Assembly: GCA_016748015.1 (NCBI GenBank)
Contig: JAAOMT010000502.1
Coordinates: 806,001 to 870,000, forward strand
Length of the DNA stretch: 64,000 nucleotides
DNA from: Geosiphon pyriformis uo1
Lineage: Eukaryota > Fungi > Glomeromycota
Direction: 5' to 3'
Shown one piece after another: positions 1-12,116 of this stretch. The position numbers and the translations under genes are program-made. Below the pieces are notes generated by a model. It had not been told where the DNA came from. It saw only the letters and a list, made by a program, of their open reading frames with translations, and did no database searches. Each line of letters begins with the position of its first letter. Position 1 is the first letter of the stretch.

Positions 1-1984
1 TTCTATTAAAACATTCCATTAGACTATTTGTTTAGGAGTGATAAGAGGAGAAAAGTTTGTAACGTATTCCCATTTTTCTACAAAGTTCTTCAACTAATGT
101 ACTGAGAAAAGCTCTTCCTCTATCAGATAATAGTTCTTTAGAGCAGCCATGACAACAAATAATATCTTCATAAATAAAATTGGCTATTGAAACTGTTGTT
201 TGATCTGGGATGGCTCTTGCTTCTATCCACTTTGTAAGATAGTCAGTAGCTGTCATATTGTATCTGTTGCCATCAGGAGTTACTGTTAAGGGTCTAACAA
301 CATCTATACTAATTCTGTCAAATGGTTGGCCAACAGAGATTGGATGGATATCTTCTTTGTGATTGGGTTTTCTTTTTCTTTGGCAGGTATTACAAGTTTT
401 GATGTACTTAGCAATGTTTTTTCCCAAGATAGGCCAATAATAGCAAGCTAGTGTTTTCTGAATTGTTTTTGTTTTCCCAAAGTGTCCAGCTAATGGATCA
501 GTGTGCATGTTATAAATCACAATTTCTTTTTCTTCAAATTTTATGACTCTCTAAGAGCAATCAAGATCTCTTCTATTTTTTTTGTATAATTGGTTCTGGC
601 ATAATAAATAAAAATTTGATTGTTTGTGCAAATGTTTTTTTTACTGTCAAGTGTATTCTGGTGGGTATTGGTCTTTACCCAAAAATTCTATTAAGACAGA
701 GTAGTTGTCCAAGTCTATTATCGTGTTTGTTTGTGAGAAAATTACTAATAATTAGGTTGGTTTGGTTTGTAGAGGTTGTACTATCACTTGGTGATAAGTT
801 TAGAAAGAGCATTGGCATTTTGATGATTAGCTCTTTTGTGGTATTGAATGTTATAGTCAAATTCGTCCAAGTGGAGTATCCAGCGAGTTATCTATTTATG
901 TTCCAGCTTTTTTTTATTGCATAGCCAAACCAAGACTTGATGATCTGTTACTACCAAGAATTTGGCACCAAGAAGATATTTGCTCCAGTAACTGGTAGAC
1001 CAGACTATAGCTAAGCATTCTTGTTCAGTCACTAAGTAGTTCTGTTCTGCTGGGGTAAGTGTTCTACTGGCATATGCTATGGCATGTTCTTTGTCTTCTT
1101 CATCTTTTTGAACTAGGACAGCTCCAAGTCTATAGCCAAATGCATCAGTGTGAAGGATGAAAGATTAATCTAGATCAGGTTGCCTAAGAATTGGTTCAGT
1201 GATTAGTTTTTCTTTCAGAGTTTCAAAAGCTTTTTGTTGGTGTGTGCCCCAATAGTAGTTGACATTTTTTCTGAGTAGCTGATTGAGTGGAGCAGCAATT
1301 TTGAAGAAATTCTTAACAAATTTGTGATAATAAGAGGCCAAACCAAGATAAGAGTATAGTTCATGTATATTTATTGGTTGTTTAATGTTCTGGACTTTTT
1401 CAACTTTGGCTAAGTCAGAAAAAATTCCATCTTTTATAATAAGATGGCCAAAAAATTGGGTTGATTGCCATCCAAAGAAAGATTTGATTGGGTTTATTTT
1501 AAGGCCAGCATTTCTAAGAAGGTCAAAAATCTTTTGCAAGTATTCAAAATATTTATCCCAGGTTTTTGAGTACACCATTATGTCATCCAAATAAACCAGA
1601 ACAAAGTTTTTTTTCACTGATTCAAATACTTTATCCATTAAGCATTGAAAGGTGGGAGGAGCATTAATGAGATCAAAAGACATGACTGTGAATTCATAGG
1701 TGTCATACTTAGTGATAAAAGTGGTTTTTTTCCAGCTTTCTGAATCCATCTCTACTTGCCAGAATTCAACAGTTAGATCAATAATTGAAAAGAAAGCAGC
1801 ATCTTTGAATTAGTCCAATATTGTATCAATCTTGGGAAATGGATACATGTCTCTTTCAGTGATAGAATTTAATTGGTGGTAGTCAACACAGAAGCATAAG
1901 GTTCCACCTTTCTTGGATACCACTACAACTGAGAAAGCCCATTCACTCTTGGTTTCTTGTATGAATCCAAGTTTTTTCATCCGG

Positions 1985-2875
1985 TGTTACAGATGATTAT
2001 TTCTACTGTTGAATTAAATAACAAATCTGTAACTTGGTGCTCAAAAGCTACTTCCATGGATGAGATTCTGCAAGTGTTGTATTTGAAGGTTTTAATGGAG
2101 TCCTTTGTATAATGGACAGAGATTCAATAGTGCCAATAGTAGATGTATCTTTTCAAGAGTTTTCCCAATTTCTATCTCAATGTGGTGGCCAGATTTAGTC
2201 TGGCAGTCATGCCCTTCTGGTGAGCTATCTGATAATATATAAAATCCTACCCTTATTTCTGGGTCTTTTACCAGGCTATCCTTGACATTAATAACTCAGT
2301 ACTTAATGTTTTAATCAATTAGTATACAACATCAAAATCAAAAAAATCAAAAAAATAAAATAAAGAAAATAAAAAATAAAGAAAATAGAGAAAATAAGTC
2401 AAGGCAATTTGGTACGTTAGTATCTCATTAATAGCCATGATCAAAAGCTATTGTTCCAGCATGGTTAAGTATCAATTACTATCAACATGAAGTATTGATA
2501 GTAGAGAGTGGGTTGAGATATGGAATAATTATTTATTTGATAATTGGGAACTGAAATGTTGCTTAGATTAAATCTAAACTGAGAGGTCTGTCTTTTCAGC
2601 TTCTAATCCTATTGCTATATATACATAATTGAGATTTCTCAATTCCTCAATTCTTTGTGACAGGAATTCTGGGATTTCTGAAATCCTGCAATTCCTGATG
2701 AGAGGAATCCTGCAATTCTGGAATCCTGCAATTCCTCATTGGGGAATCTGAAATTCCTGGAATCCTGCAATTCCTCTGAGAAGAATTCTGGAATTCCACA
2801 TTTACTACATCTACTTCTGATTGGCTAATATCTTCTGACTAATAATACTATATTTTTTATATTCTATGAGTAACA
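1985..2875 (-). repeat. 3' LTR of element B (891 bp)
   Basis: TGTTAC...GTAACA; close copy at 11242-12116; abuts PPT (sense AAAAGAAGGGAATAA). Confidence 0.95.
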
Positions 2876-2888
2876 TTATTCCCTTCTT

Positions 2889-3548
2889 TTAATATTGAGC
2901 TCCATCGAAATCTAATTCTTTTAATTCTCCTTCTTGAATTATTTCTTGAACTTCTTTTTCAAGTATTACTTGTGTTATTTTATTTTGTAGTTCTTCAAAT
3001 TGGGCATTGGTTATTTTTCCCAATTGATTACTTATAACTGTATCCATTACTGTGTTGAGTAAGATTTCTGGTTGGTCTTGAAATCTCATATATAGCCGGT
3101 AAATGGCTCAAGCTTGTGTGGTTAGATTGTTCTTTCCCACAAATTGTTCTAGTTGTCCTAGTATTGTGGTGTCGAATAACCATTTTGTTTTGTCAGTGTA
3201 CAAGTTCTGGATATTTATGTGTTGTTCCAAGTAAAAATAACAATAGTTTTTTGGAAATTGTTGTAACCACCAAGTCCAAGTTTCTCTGAAAAGTTCTTGG
3301 CGTAATCCGACTATTTGTTGTTCTTTCAAAACCAATTTTATCTTGGTCATGATCTTGTCGACTACATTTTCAAGTCTTCTCTGTGCTTTGTTTTGTGGTA
3401 TTTTTGCTGTATTTTTGTAACAAATAGTTTGTTAATTGATAGTAATTTCCATTTCCTGGTGTTGGATTAATTGAAAAATTTGTTGGGCTAGTGAATGGAT
3501 ATTGTCTGTAATCTCCATTTTTTTGATCTCTTCTGTCACATTGACCAT
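2889..3548 (-). pseudogene. Element B third ORF (~219 aa, env position, unknown function), two in-frame stops
   Basis: One frame from ATG 3548 (MVNVTEEIKK...) through track ORFs 3108-3350 and 2889-3089, ending FDGAQY* just before the PPT. Confidence 0.75.
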
Positions 3549-3571
3549 GTTCTTATATATTCTTTTGTCGA

Positions 3572-6500
3572 TTAATTGGACATGTTGTTGTTAATGATAA
3601 TAATTGGTTCCAGATTTCGTGGAATCTCATCTGGTTGGACTAGTATTCTCTGTACTTCTAATTGTGGAATATTACTGGTGGATGATAATGCTATATGGTG
3701 GTATGATTTCAGTCGATCTCTATATGTTGCTTTGGTCAAGATTTTGTTATTCAATCTTAATTTGTAAGCTCCATTTTCTAGAATTTCTTCTATGTGAAAT
3801 GGTCTGTCCCATTTGGGGTCAAATTTTCCACTCCATTGTTTTTCCGCTTTGGTACAATGTAGTAGTACTCTGTCTCCAATTCTGAATTCAACTGGTTTAT
3901 CTGGTAGTTGGTTATTATGTCTTTCTTTTTGTTTCTCTTGTGACTTTTGTATATTATCAGCTGCTCTTCATTGTTTGTTTTCTAATGTTTCTATTAAGTC
4001 ATATGTTTTTTTCAACAATGTATTTTTGAAATTCTCTTCTGTTATTGGTTTGGTTAGATATGTGCTGACTTCTATTTCCACTGGTAGTGTTGCTGTTCTA
4101 CCATATACTAATTCAAATGGTGTTGCTTGTGTAGTATCTTGCTTTATTGTCCAATAAGCAAATAGTACTGATGGTATTAACAAATCTCAATTGTTTTGGT
4201 TTTCTTGGCTGAGTTTAGCTATTGCTTCACACAATGTTCTGTTGAATCTTTCGACTAATCCATTGGTTTGTGGATGGTATGGTGATGATAGTGGTCTCTT
4301 AATTCCGAATCTTTGGCTCAATTCTGTTAATATTTTGTTCACAAAATAAGTTTCTTGGTCTGATAATAATTCTTTTGAACATTCATGTTGACAGATCAAA
4401 TCCTAATGAACAAATTTGGCAATGGATTCTGCATTCGCTCTTTAAATTGCTTTCACCTCTGGCCATTTAGTAAGATAGTCCATGGCTACTGCTATGTATC
4501 TGTTTTCTCTGCTGGTGATTGTTAATGGTCCGACTAGATCAATTCCAACATGGTCGAATGGTTGTCCTACTTTGATTGGTCTTAACAGTTCACTGGGTTT
4601 TGTTCCTCCTTTTCACTGACAAACATCACAATTTTGAACATATTAGATGATGTCTGGATACATTGATGGCCAATAGTATCTTTTTCTGGTTCTTTCCATG
4701 GTTGCTTTTTTGTGAAAATGTCCTGCTGTTAGATTTGAGTACATGTTAAATAATATTGTTTCTTTTTCTGGTTCTGTAACTACTCTGGTTGGTTGATCTG
4801 GATCTTTTCTATTTTTTCGATAAAATATATTTTGGTGAGTGATAAAATATTTTGATTGTTGTTTGATATTCTTTCGTTTCGTTTGAGATAAATTCTCCTT
4901 GAACTGTTGAGTGTTTATATAATGTTAAAGTTGTTAATATTTTTGTATATTCATCTTTTGTTATATTTTTTGTTGGTATTGTTCTGGTTTTGTTATATTT
5001 TTGTGTTAAAATGTTCTTAGATTTGTCTCATTTGTGACAAACCGTTAGCATTTTCATTGTCTTTTCCTTTTTTGTAATATATAGTATAATTGTATGATGT
5101 GAATGCCATTTTTCATCTTGACTGTTTTCCATCTTCAAATTCTTGTTTTTGGAGTGATGTTAATCCCTTATGATCTGTGTATACTTCAAACTTCTGGCTC
5201 AAGTATTCTTTCCATTTCATGACTGCCCAGTATATTGCTAAGTGTTCTTGTTCTGGTGTTCCATAGTTCTTTTTAGCTGGTGTTAAACCTCTGCTGGCAT
5301 ATACTACTGGATGTTTTCTGCCATCTGGTCCTCTCTGAGATAATACTGCTCCCAATGTTTGGCTGAATGCATCAGTGATAATGATGAATAGTTTGCTGTG
5401 ATCTGGATAAATCAGTATTGGAGCTTGAATGAGCTTTCTTTTCAAAATGTCAAAAGCTTCTTGTTGACTTTCTGCCCATTCATATTTGGTATTCTTGGTT
5501 TGCAGTTGGTTAAGTGGCTGCGCTATCTTGGAAAAGTTCTTGATAAAACGTCAATAGTAGCTGGCAAATCCCAAGAATGATTTCAGTTCTGTCATATTGG
5601 TCAGTACTGGAAAGTTCTTTACTATCTCTATTTTCTTTGGATCTGTTTTGATGCTGTCTTTGCTGACTATGTGTCCCAAGAATTTTAGTTCTGTCTTGCC
5701 AAAGAAGCACTTTGTTGCATTTAACTTTAGTCCTGCTCTTCTTAGTCTTTCGAACACTTGTTGAAGATGATGAAGATAATCATCAAATGTTTTTGAGAAT
5801 ATGTTGGTGTCATCCAAGTATACAACTACTGATTTCCACAATAAGCCAGTATAAACAATTTTCATTAGCCATTAGAAAGTGGCTGGTGCATTGGTTAAAC
5901 CAAATGGCATTACTTTAAATTCAAAATTTCCTTCTCTCATGGTAAATGTCGTCTTCTCTTTGTCGGCTGGATCCATGGCTACTTGTCAGTAACCACTATT
6001 TAAGTCTAACGTTGAAAACCATTTGTTTCCACCAAAAGCATCAAATAATTCCTGTATCTGTGGAGTTGGATAGCTGTCTCCATGAGTTACACTATTGAGT
6101 TTTCTGTAGTCCACACAAAATCAGATCTTTCCATTCTTCTTATGGACAAGTACCACTGGTAATAACCATGGGCTTATTAATAGCTAAATTAGCCCATTGT
6201 CAAGCATTCAGTTTATCTCTTGATGAATAATTTCATGGCTGACTGGTGGCACTCTATATGCTCTTTGTTTAATTGGCATTGCATCTCCAGTCTTGATCTG
6301 ATGCTGGATGATATCAGTTTGGCCAAACTCATTTTTGCTGGCAAAGATGTCATTGAACTGGTTAAGCAATATCTTGAGTTGCATATGTTGGAGTGGATCT
6401 AAGTTTCCCATGTTCATTTGTTCCAATTGTTCTGGTTGGAGCAAATAACATTCACTTTGTCTGTATATTGTTTGTGATATGATATCGACATATTCACAAA

Positions 6501-9500
6501 GTTGCAGAAAGTCTGGAATGAGGTTTGGTGGTTGATCTTTTATTTCAGTGTTTAAGTATCCAATAATGGTTCCGGCTGGTATTTCTATGACATTTTCTGT
6601 ATTGTTGTAAATGGGAATTTTGATGTGGCTGTAATCTTTAGCTGGTATGTGGAGATTGATGAATCCAACTTCTCCTGATTCACAAAGACTGGCTTCTGCT
6701 TCAAAAATTTGTGCTTGGTTTTTTTCCTTCCTTTCTATTGCTAGCATGTACTGGTTATATGGTGAAATGGAAATAGCTTGACCAATTGAGATAATTTCTC
6801 CTTGGTCAACAATTTCTTTCTCTGTTATATTAACTAGTATATCTATTCTACCCGTTGATCCGAATCCTTGTATTTCTTTTACTGTTATTCCTAATTCCTC
6901 CCTCTTTCCCACTAATACTAACTGAGCTACTCTAACCAGAGGCAGGAATATTGCCTGTGCTATCTTTTTGTTGGGCTCTATTATATAGGCCTTTTTTGAG
7001 TTATTTTATAGTATAGCGATGATATTTCCTACATATCCCACGTCAATTATTCCTTCTCTTATATTAATTCCTTTTTTCACTAAACTACTCCTAGATGCTA
7101 ATTGAACCATTGTTGTTGTCAGAATTTCTAGTGCTACTTTCAGATCAATGCAGATATGTGAATGTGGTTCTAATTTGATGGCCTCTTTTCCTGGATACCT
7201 CAGATCAAACCCTGCATCAGTATTATGTGTACGTTCTGGCATAATACCTTCCCCATTGTTACTATACCATTTCAACTCTTGTTCTTTGGAGAGATCTGGT
7301 AGTGCAATGTAATGTTCATAGTTTAAATTGGAGTTTGAATCTGAGTTTGAATCGTCTTTGTTGTCATTGCAATTTTGAATGGAGCTGGGAACCAGTGTTT
7401 TTGTCATCGTCGTCGGAGTTTGAATCATGATTGATCAGTGATTTTGATTCTGATGCACAGCTGCTGATTGGTTCTTCTTCTTCAGGGATCATGTAAATCA
7501 TGTGTGGTGGTGGATTGTAAATAAAATCACAATTGTTATAATATTCAAAGTTACTGAGAATTAAACAATGGCAACACAGTCTTGTATTTAACTGTGCTAG
7601 CCAAGTTTTGGTAGTGTTCATGGAACTCTTCTAGTTCCAGAAAATTTATGACTGGCTCTGCGTTCCAGTTAAGCTCGATGGGTTCTGGTGGGTTGTTTTT
7701 AATTGTCCTGATTTCTTCTGGCGACACACCTTCAATTTTGGCAATTGTCATCCACCATAATTCATTATTATCGTGTGGACAACTGTCTAATCGCTGTACA
7801 GCTCTTCTCCAGGTTGCTTCTATGGGTGTTCCTTTCTCGACCCAGTCACTGATGAAGATCGTGTATTGGCAGAACACGTCACATGTTCCTCCTCTCCCCG
7901 GAATGTCGTTCCACATTTCTTTGTCGAGAAGAGTTTCTCTACAGGCTATACATAATGTATTATTCCATTTTCCCACTCGTTTTGGTCTTCCAAAATGTTT
8001 GACACAGCATGCATGGCAATAGAACTTGGTTGCCATCTGATATTCTTCATCGTCACCACAGCATGCACTCATTGACGACAATTTCTTGCCGCAATCAACG
8101 CATATCAATTTGGGTCAGTGATAGGTTAATGATTGTTGTTGACCATAGGTGTATGGGATATAAGTGTTGTTGGCTTGAGTGTTTTCTTCCTCCCTCTCTT
8201 TCCCTTTTCCCTTTTCTTCTTTCTACTCCTAACTCAATGGTTCTTCCTGTTTGTTGTCAGTTCAGATCAAATTGTCTGTTTCCCAGGTCAGTTCCTCTTT
8301 TTGCTTTTCCTTAGGGTTGTCATTCCACGAGAATATCAGTAGTAGTTTGTTGTGATCAGCATCAGCCCAGAAGACTTGGTAAGCTTTCCAGGTAGGTTTC
8401 TCTTTCTTCTCCTCCAGTTTGATCAATAGTTTCTCTCTTGGAGGAGTCTTGAAATGGCCACATGTGGCTGGTACACATATGTATCAGCCCTGATATGTTA
8501 GCTGGAGTTCCAGTCTAATGTCACATTAACTTTGGATAGTCAGTCATTACCAACAAGAGCTTGGTATTGAGTGACTTCCATTACTAGAACTTTAATGAGA
8601 GTCATGATGCCATTGACTTCGAAAGGAAAGTTGTCAATTTCGCCAATTGGAGTTTTGGTTGCTTCATCAGTTGTGATGATTCTGGCGCTGGCAGCTTGAT
8701 CAACTCAGCAACCTAATTGATCCATAAGTTGTTATGTGATGATGCTGTCTGCTAAACCACTGTCAAGGATCAATTTGATGAATTGTCCCTCAACTTTGAC
8801 ATCAGTGTACATTATGGTAATTGGTTTGGCTTCAAGAGCGGCTCCACTAAATAATAGCATTGCAGTTGTTTCCTTGAATTTGAATGGGAATATAGTAGCC
8901 AAAGACTCATCTTCGGTAATGGTAACAGGTGGGATATTACTGGTAAGTAGTTGTTTTTGGGCGAATGCTGGGTTATTAGTTGAGGCATCTTCTGGAGTGA
9001 CCAGGAGACTTAAATAGTTCTGGAAATTTGGGTTCTGGGGTTGACCAGCACCCAAATTCTGCTGGCATAATCCAGATGATTGCTGTGAAGAACTGGGGAT
9101 TGGTTGATGGACTACTATCGCCAATCACCAGCTCTGTTGAGTCATTTTTGGTCTTTGGGTTTCATTGAGTGGTAAGCTTTGGGGTGGTGTTTGGATTTGT
9201 TGGGGCTGATAGATTATTTGTGGCTGTGGTTGTTGATAAATTACTTGTGGCTGCAGTTGATAGATTAGAGCTTGATACACCGGAGATTAATAAACTGATG
9301 ACTGTATCACTGGTAAATAAGCGGATTGGTTTTGATTTGGGTACTGATTTGGAGTTTAAAACTGGCGATTGGGGTTTCGATATTGATTTCCCGATCATTG
9401 GTTATTTAAACGCTGACAACAGTCAATTTGGATATGTCCTTGTTTACCACAATAGTGGCAGATACACGTTTCCTGTTGCCACTGTTGATTGGTCGATGAA

Positions 9501-11179
9501 GATAGACATGGTTGATTTTGGGCATGATTAGAGTTTCTTTGATTATTGCGTCATTGTGGAGGCTAATAAATGGCGTGATTGTCAGCTAAGTATCCTTCCA
9601 ATCTCTTATTAATTGATTCACTGAACTTCTCCAATTTGGAATCCAATTCAGATGATTCATTCATTACTAGATTAACGGCTTGGGCATGGTTAGCCTCTGA
9701 CTCAGCGGATTCAAAATCTCTGGTACATGTGACTGTGTCTTAAAAGGTGCCTGGATGCAACAGATGTACATGTTGTAAGATGCTGCTGCGCAGGCCATGG
9801 ATAAACTGGTTGAGTATCTGTGGGGCTGTGAAATAGTTGGCATTAATTGCTTGAATTTGGTGCAGGTTTTGATGAAAGTGTCCCAAGTAAGTGGTGACCA
9901 CTTCAGTTTCTCCTTATTTCATGGTGGTAAATGTATTGACTAGGTGATTGATGCTGTTATTGTTGCTGAAGTATCTTAGGAATTCCACTTTAAAGGCATT
10001 AAAATCTTATGGTTTATTAACCAAGCTCTAATACCATGAATTGGCAGTATTCTTGAGAAAGTAGGGAATGGCTTGCATTGCCTGGATGTCATTCCATCCA
10101 TTGGCTGTAATGGCCTTTTCTACATCATTTAGCCATGCTTGAGCATCGTCCTCTTCGCCAGTAAAGTTGTCAAGTTTTGTGATTGGTGCGTAGGCCATTG
10201 GATCTAAGTTAGGTGGTTGTGGTGGCTGTTGAAGCAGTTGTTGTTGTACTGGTTGTTGGGATGGTAGTTGAAGTGGCTGTTGTATGGGTTTGGCTATGGG
10301 ATTAATCAGTAGTTGATCAATGACAATTACTAGAGATAAGTTTTGCTGATTAATTAATTCAGAGTTTGGGTTGTTCTGCCTTTGATGATTCGGAGTTTCG
10401 ATTTCCAAATTTTTTAGATTTAGATTTTGCTAAGTTTGAAAATTCAGGGTTTCAACTTCTGGGTTTTCAATGATTGGGTGTTGGTAAGTGAATTCTTGAT
10501 CCTCTGATTCTTCTTCCTCTTTTTCTGATTCTGCTGCTTCCCACAGATTAGAGATTCTGAAATCTGGTGGAGGCGGTGGTGATTGAAGTCCTAATGGGAT
10601 TGATGATCGCGAATTAAATCTCTCAAAGTATTCACCATATGGTCCTAATAATTCTGTTTTCCTTTGTCTACTTTGGAATGGGAATTGTCCAAATACTGAT
10701 GTCGCAGTTGATAGGAATGCATCTGTTGATAATATGTTGATGGCACTTCCAGGTGTATAGTGGTAGGATGGGTTGCTTGGGAATTCAATTCTGTTTTTTT
10801 TCCAAGTAGATGGCTGTATTTTTCTGGATGTTACTGCTGGTGTTTGTAGTTTTCTCTTGCCTTTATTAACGTATGTAATTGGATATCTTTGTTGAGTGTA
10901 GTGTTCAATTTCTTTGTTGATCTCAGTGATGATGGATGTGAAATTATGATTTGTTGGTAGGTTGGTGTTTTGAATTAACTCCCTATAGAAAGTTTCTTTT
11001 GCTGATTCAGTATTCACTGGTGTTCCTAATAAAGAGGAAATCTTTTCGTTGATGTAGAAATTGAAGGCTGATTCGGCAGATATATGATTGTGGTTTAATC
11101 CCAAGTATTGACAATAGTATTGAAATAAGGATTTTGCAAATCCTAAATGGTTTGCTCCTATATTTTCTGATTCTGCCAC
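3572..11179 (-). pseudogene. Element B gag-pol polyprotein, disrupted
   Basis: ORF pieces: gag (MAESENIG..., 10028-11179), protease LILDSG (8732-9124), Cys-rich region (7551-8108), dUTPase, RT YLDD (5551-5865), RNase H TDA (5113-5445), integrase YHPQTNGLVER (4187-4399) ending DRLKSYH. Many stops and frameshifts. Confidence 0.9.
6850..7270 (-). pseudogene. dUTPase domain within element B pol
   Basis: Trimeric dUTPase motifs AGFDL, SRSSL, GIIDVGYVGNI, IAQAIF and the C-terminal GFGSTG, located between protease and RT. Confidence 0.92.
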
Positions 11180-11241
11180 TTTTGGATGGTGTTTGTTGGT
11201 GCTGGTTCTCTGTAGGATTATATTTCACAGGAAGCACCAAA

Positions 11242-12116
11242 TGTTACAGGTGATTATTTCTACTGTTGAATTAAATAACAAACCCGTAACTTGGTGCTCA
11301 AAAGCTACTTCCATGGATGAGATTCTGCAAGTGTTGTATCTGAAGGTTTTGATGAAGTCTTTTGTATAATAGACAGAGATTCAATAGTGCCAATAGTAGA
11401 TGTATCTTTCTAAGAGTTTTTCTAATTTTTTTCTCAGCGTGGTGGCCAGATTTAGTCTGGCAGTCATGCCTTTCTAGTAAGCTATCCGATAATATATAAA
11501 ATCTTACACTTATTTCTGGGTCTTTTACCAGGCTATCCTTGACATTAATAACTCAGTGCTTAATCTTTTAATCAATTAGTATACAACAACAAAATTAAAA
11601 AAAGAAAGAAAATAAAATAAAGAAAATAAAAAATAAAGAAAATAGAGAAAATAAGCCAAGGCAATTTGGTATGTTAGTATCTCGTCAATAGTCATGATCA
11701 AAAACTATTGTTCCAGTGTGGTTAAGTATCAATTACTATCAACATGAAGTATTAATAGTAGAGAGTGGGTTGAGATATGAAATAATTATTTATTTAATGA
11801 TTGGGAACTGGAATGTTGTTTAGATTAAATTTAAACTAAGAGGTCTGTCTTTTCAGCTTCTAATCCTACTGCTATATATACATAATTGAAATTTCTCAAT
11901 TCCTCAATTCTTTGCAACAGGAATCCTGGGATTCCTGAAATCCTGCAATTCCTGATAAAAGGAATCCTGGAATTCTGGAATCCTGCAATTCCTCATCAGG
12001 AAATCCTGCAATTCCTCTGAGAGGAATTCTGGAATTTCACATTTACTATGTCTACTTCTGATTGGCTAATATCTACTGACTAATAATACTATATTTTCTA
12101 TATTCTATGAGTAATA
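11242..12116 (-). repeat. 5' LTR of element B (875 bp)
   Basis: Direct repeat of 1985-2875; followed in element sense by TT + PBS TGGTGCTTCCTGTG. Confidence 0.95.

Larger units (their letters stand above)
1985..12116 (-). mobile_element. Complete (decayed) Ty3/Gypsy element B, 10.1 kb, with dUTPase and third ORF
   Basis: Direct-repeat LTRs 1985-2875 and 11242-12116; 4-bp TSD CCGG/CCAG; PBS ~11223-11239; PPT 2876-2890; domain order gag-PR-dUTPase-RT-RH-IN. Confidence 0.95.

Noticed and set aside
616-924. Recurrent antisense or alternative-frame ORFs (MIVCANV..., MTITFNTT..., MGWSNKLT..., MITTGIIL...)
   Set aside because: They recur only because the underlying pol/LTR is repeated; variable ends, often non-ATG starts, no recognisable motifs.
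2635-2800. CRISPR-like or satellite array
   Set aside because: Short degenerate tandem units without unique spacers, inside an LTR of a eukaryotic element.
9354-9360. TTTAAAC slippery site in element B
   Set aside because: Not in gag phase and probably created by a CAA>TAA mutation; gag and protease ORFs already share a frame.
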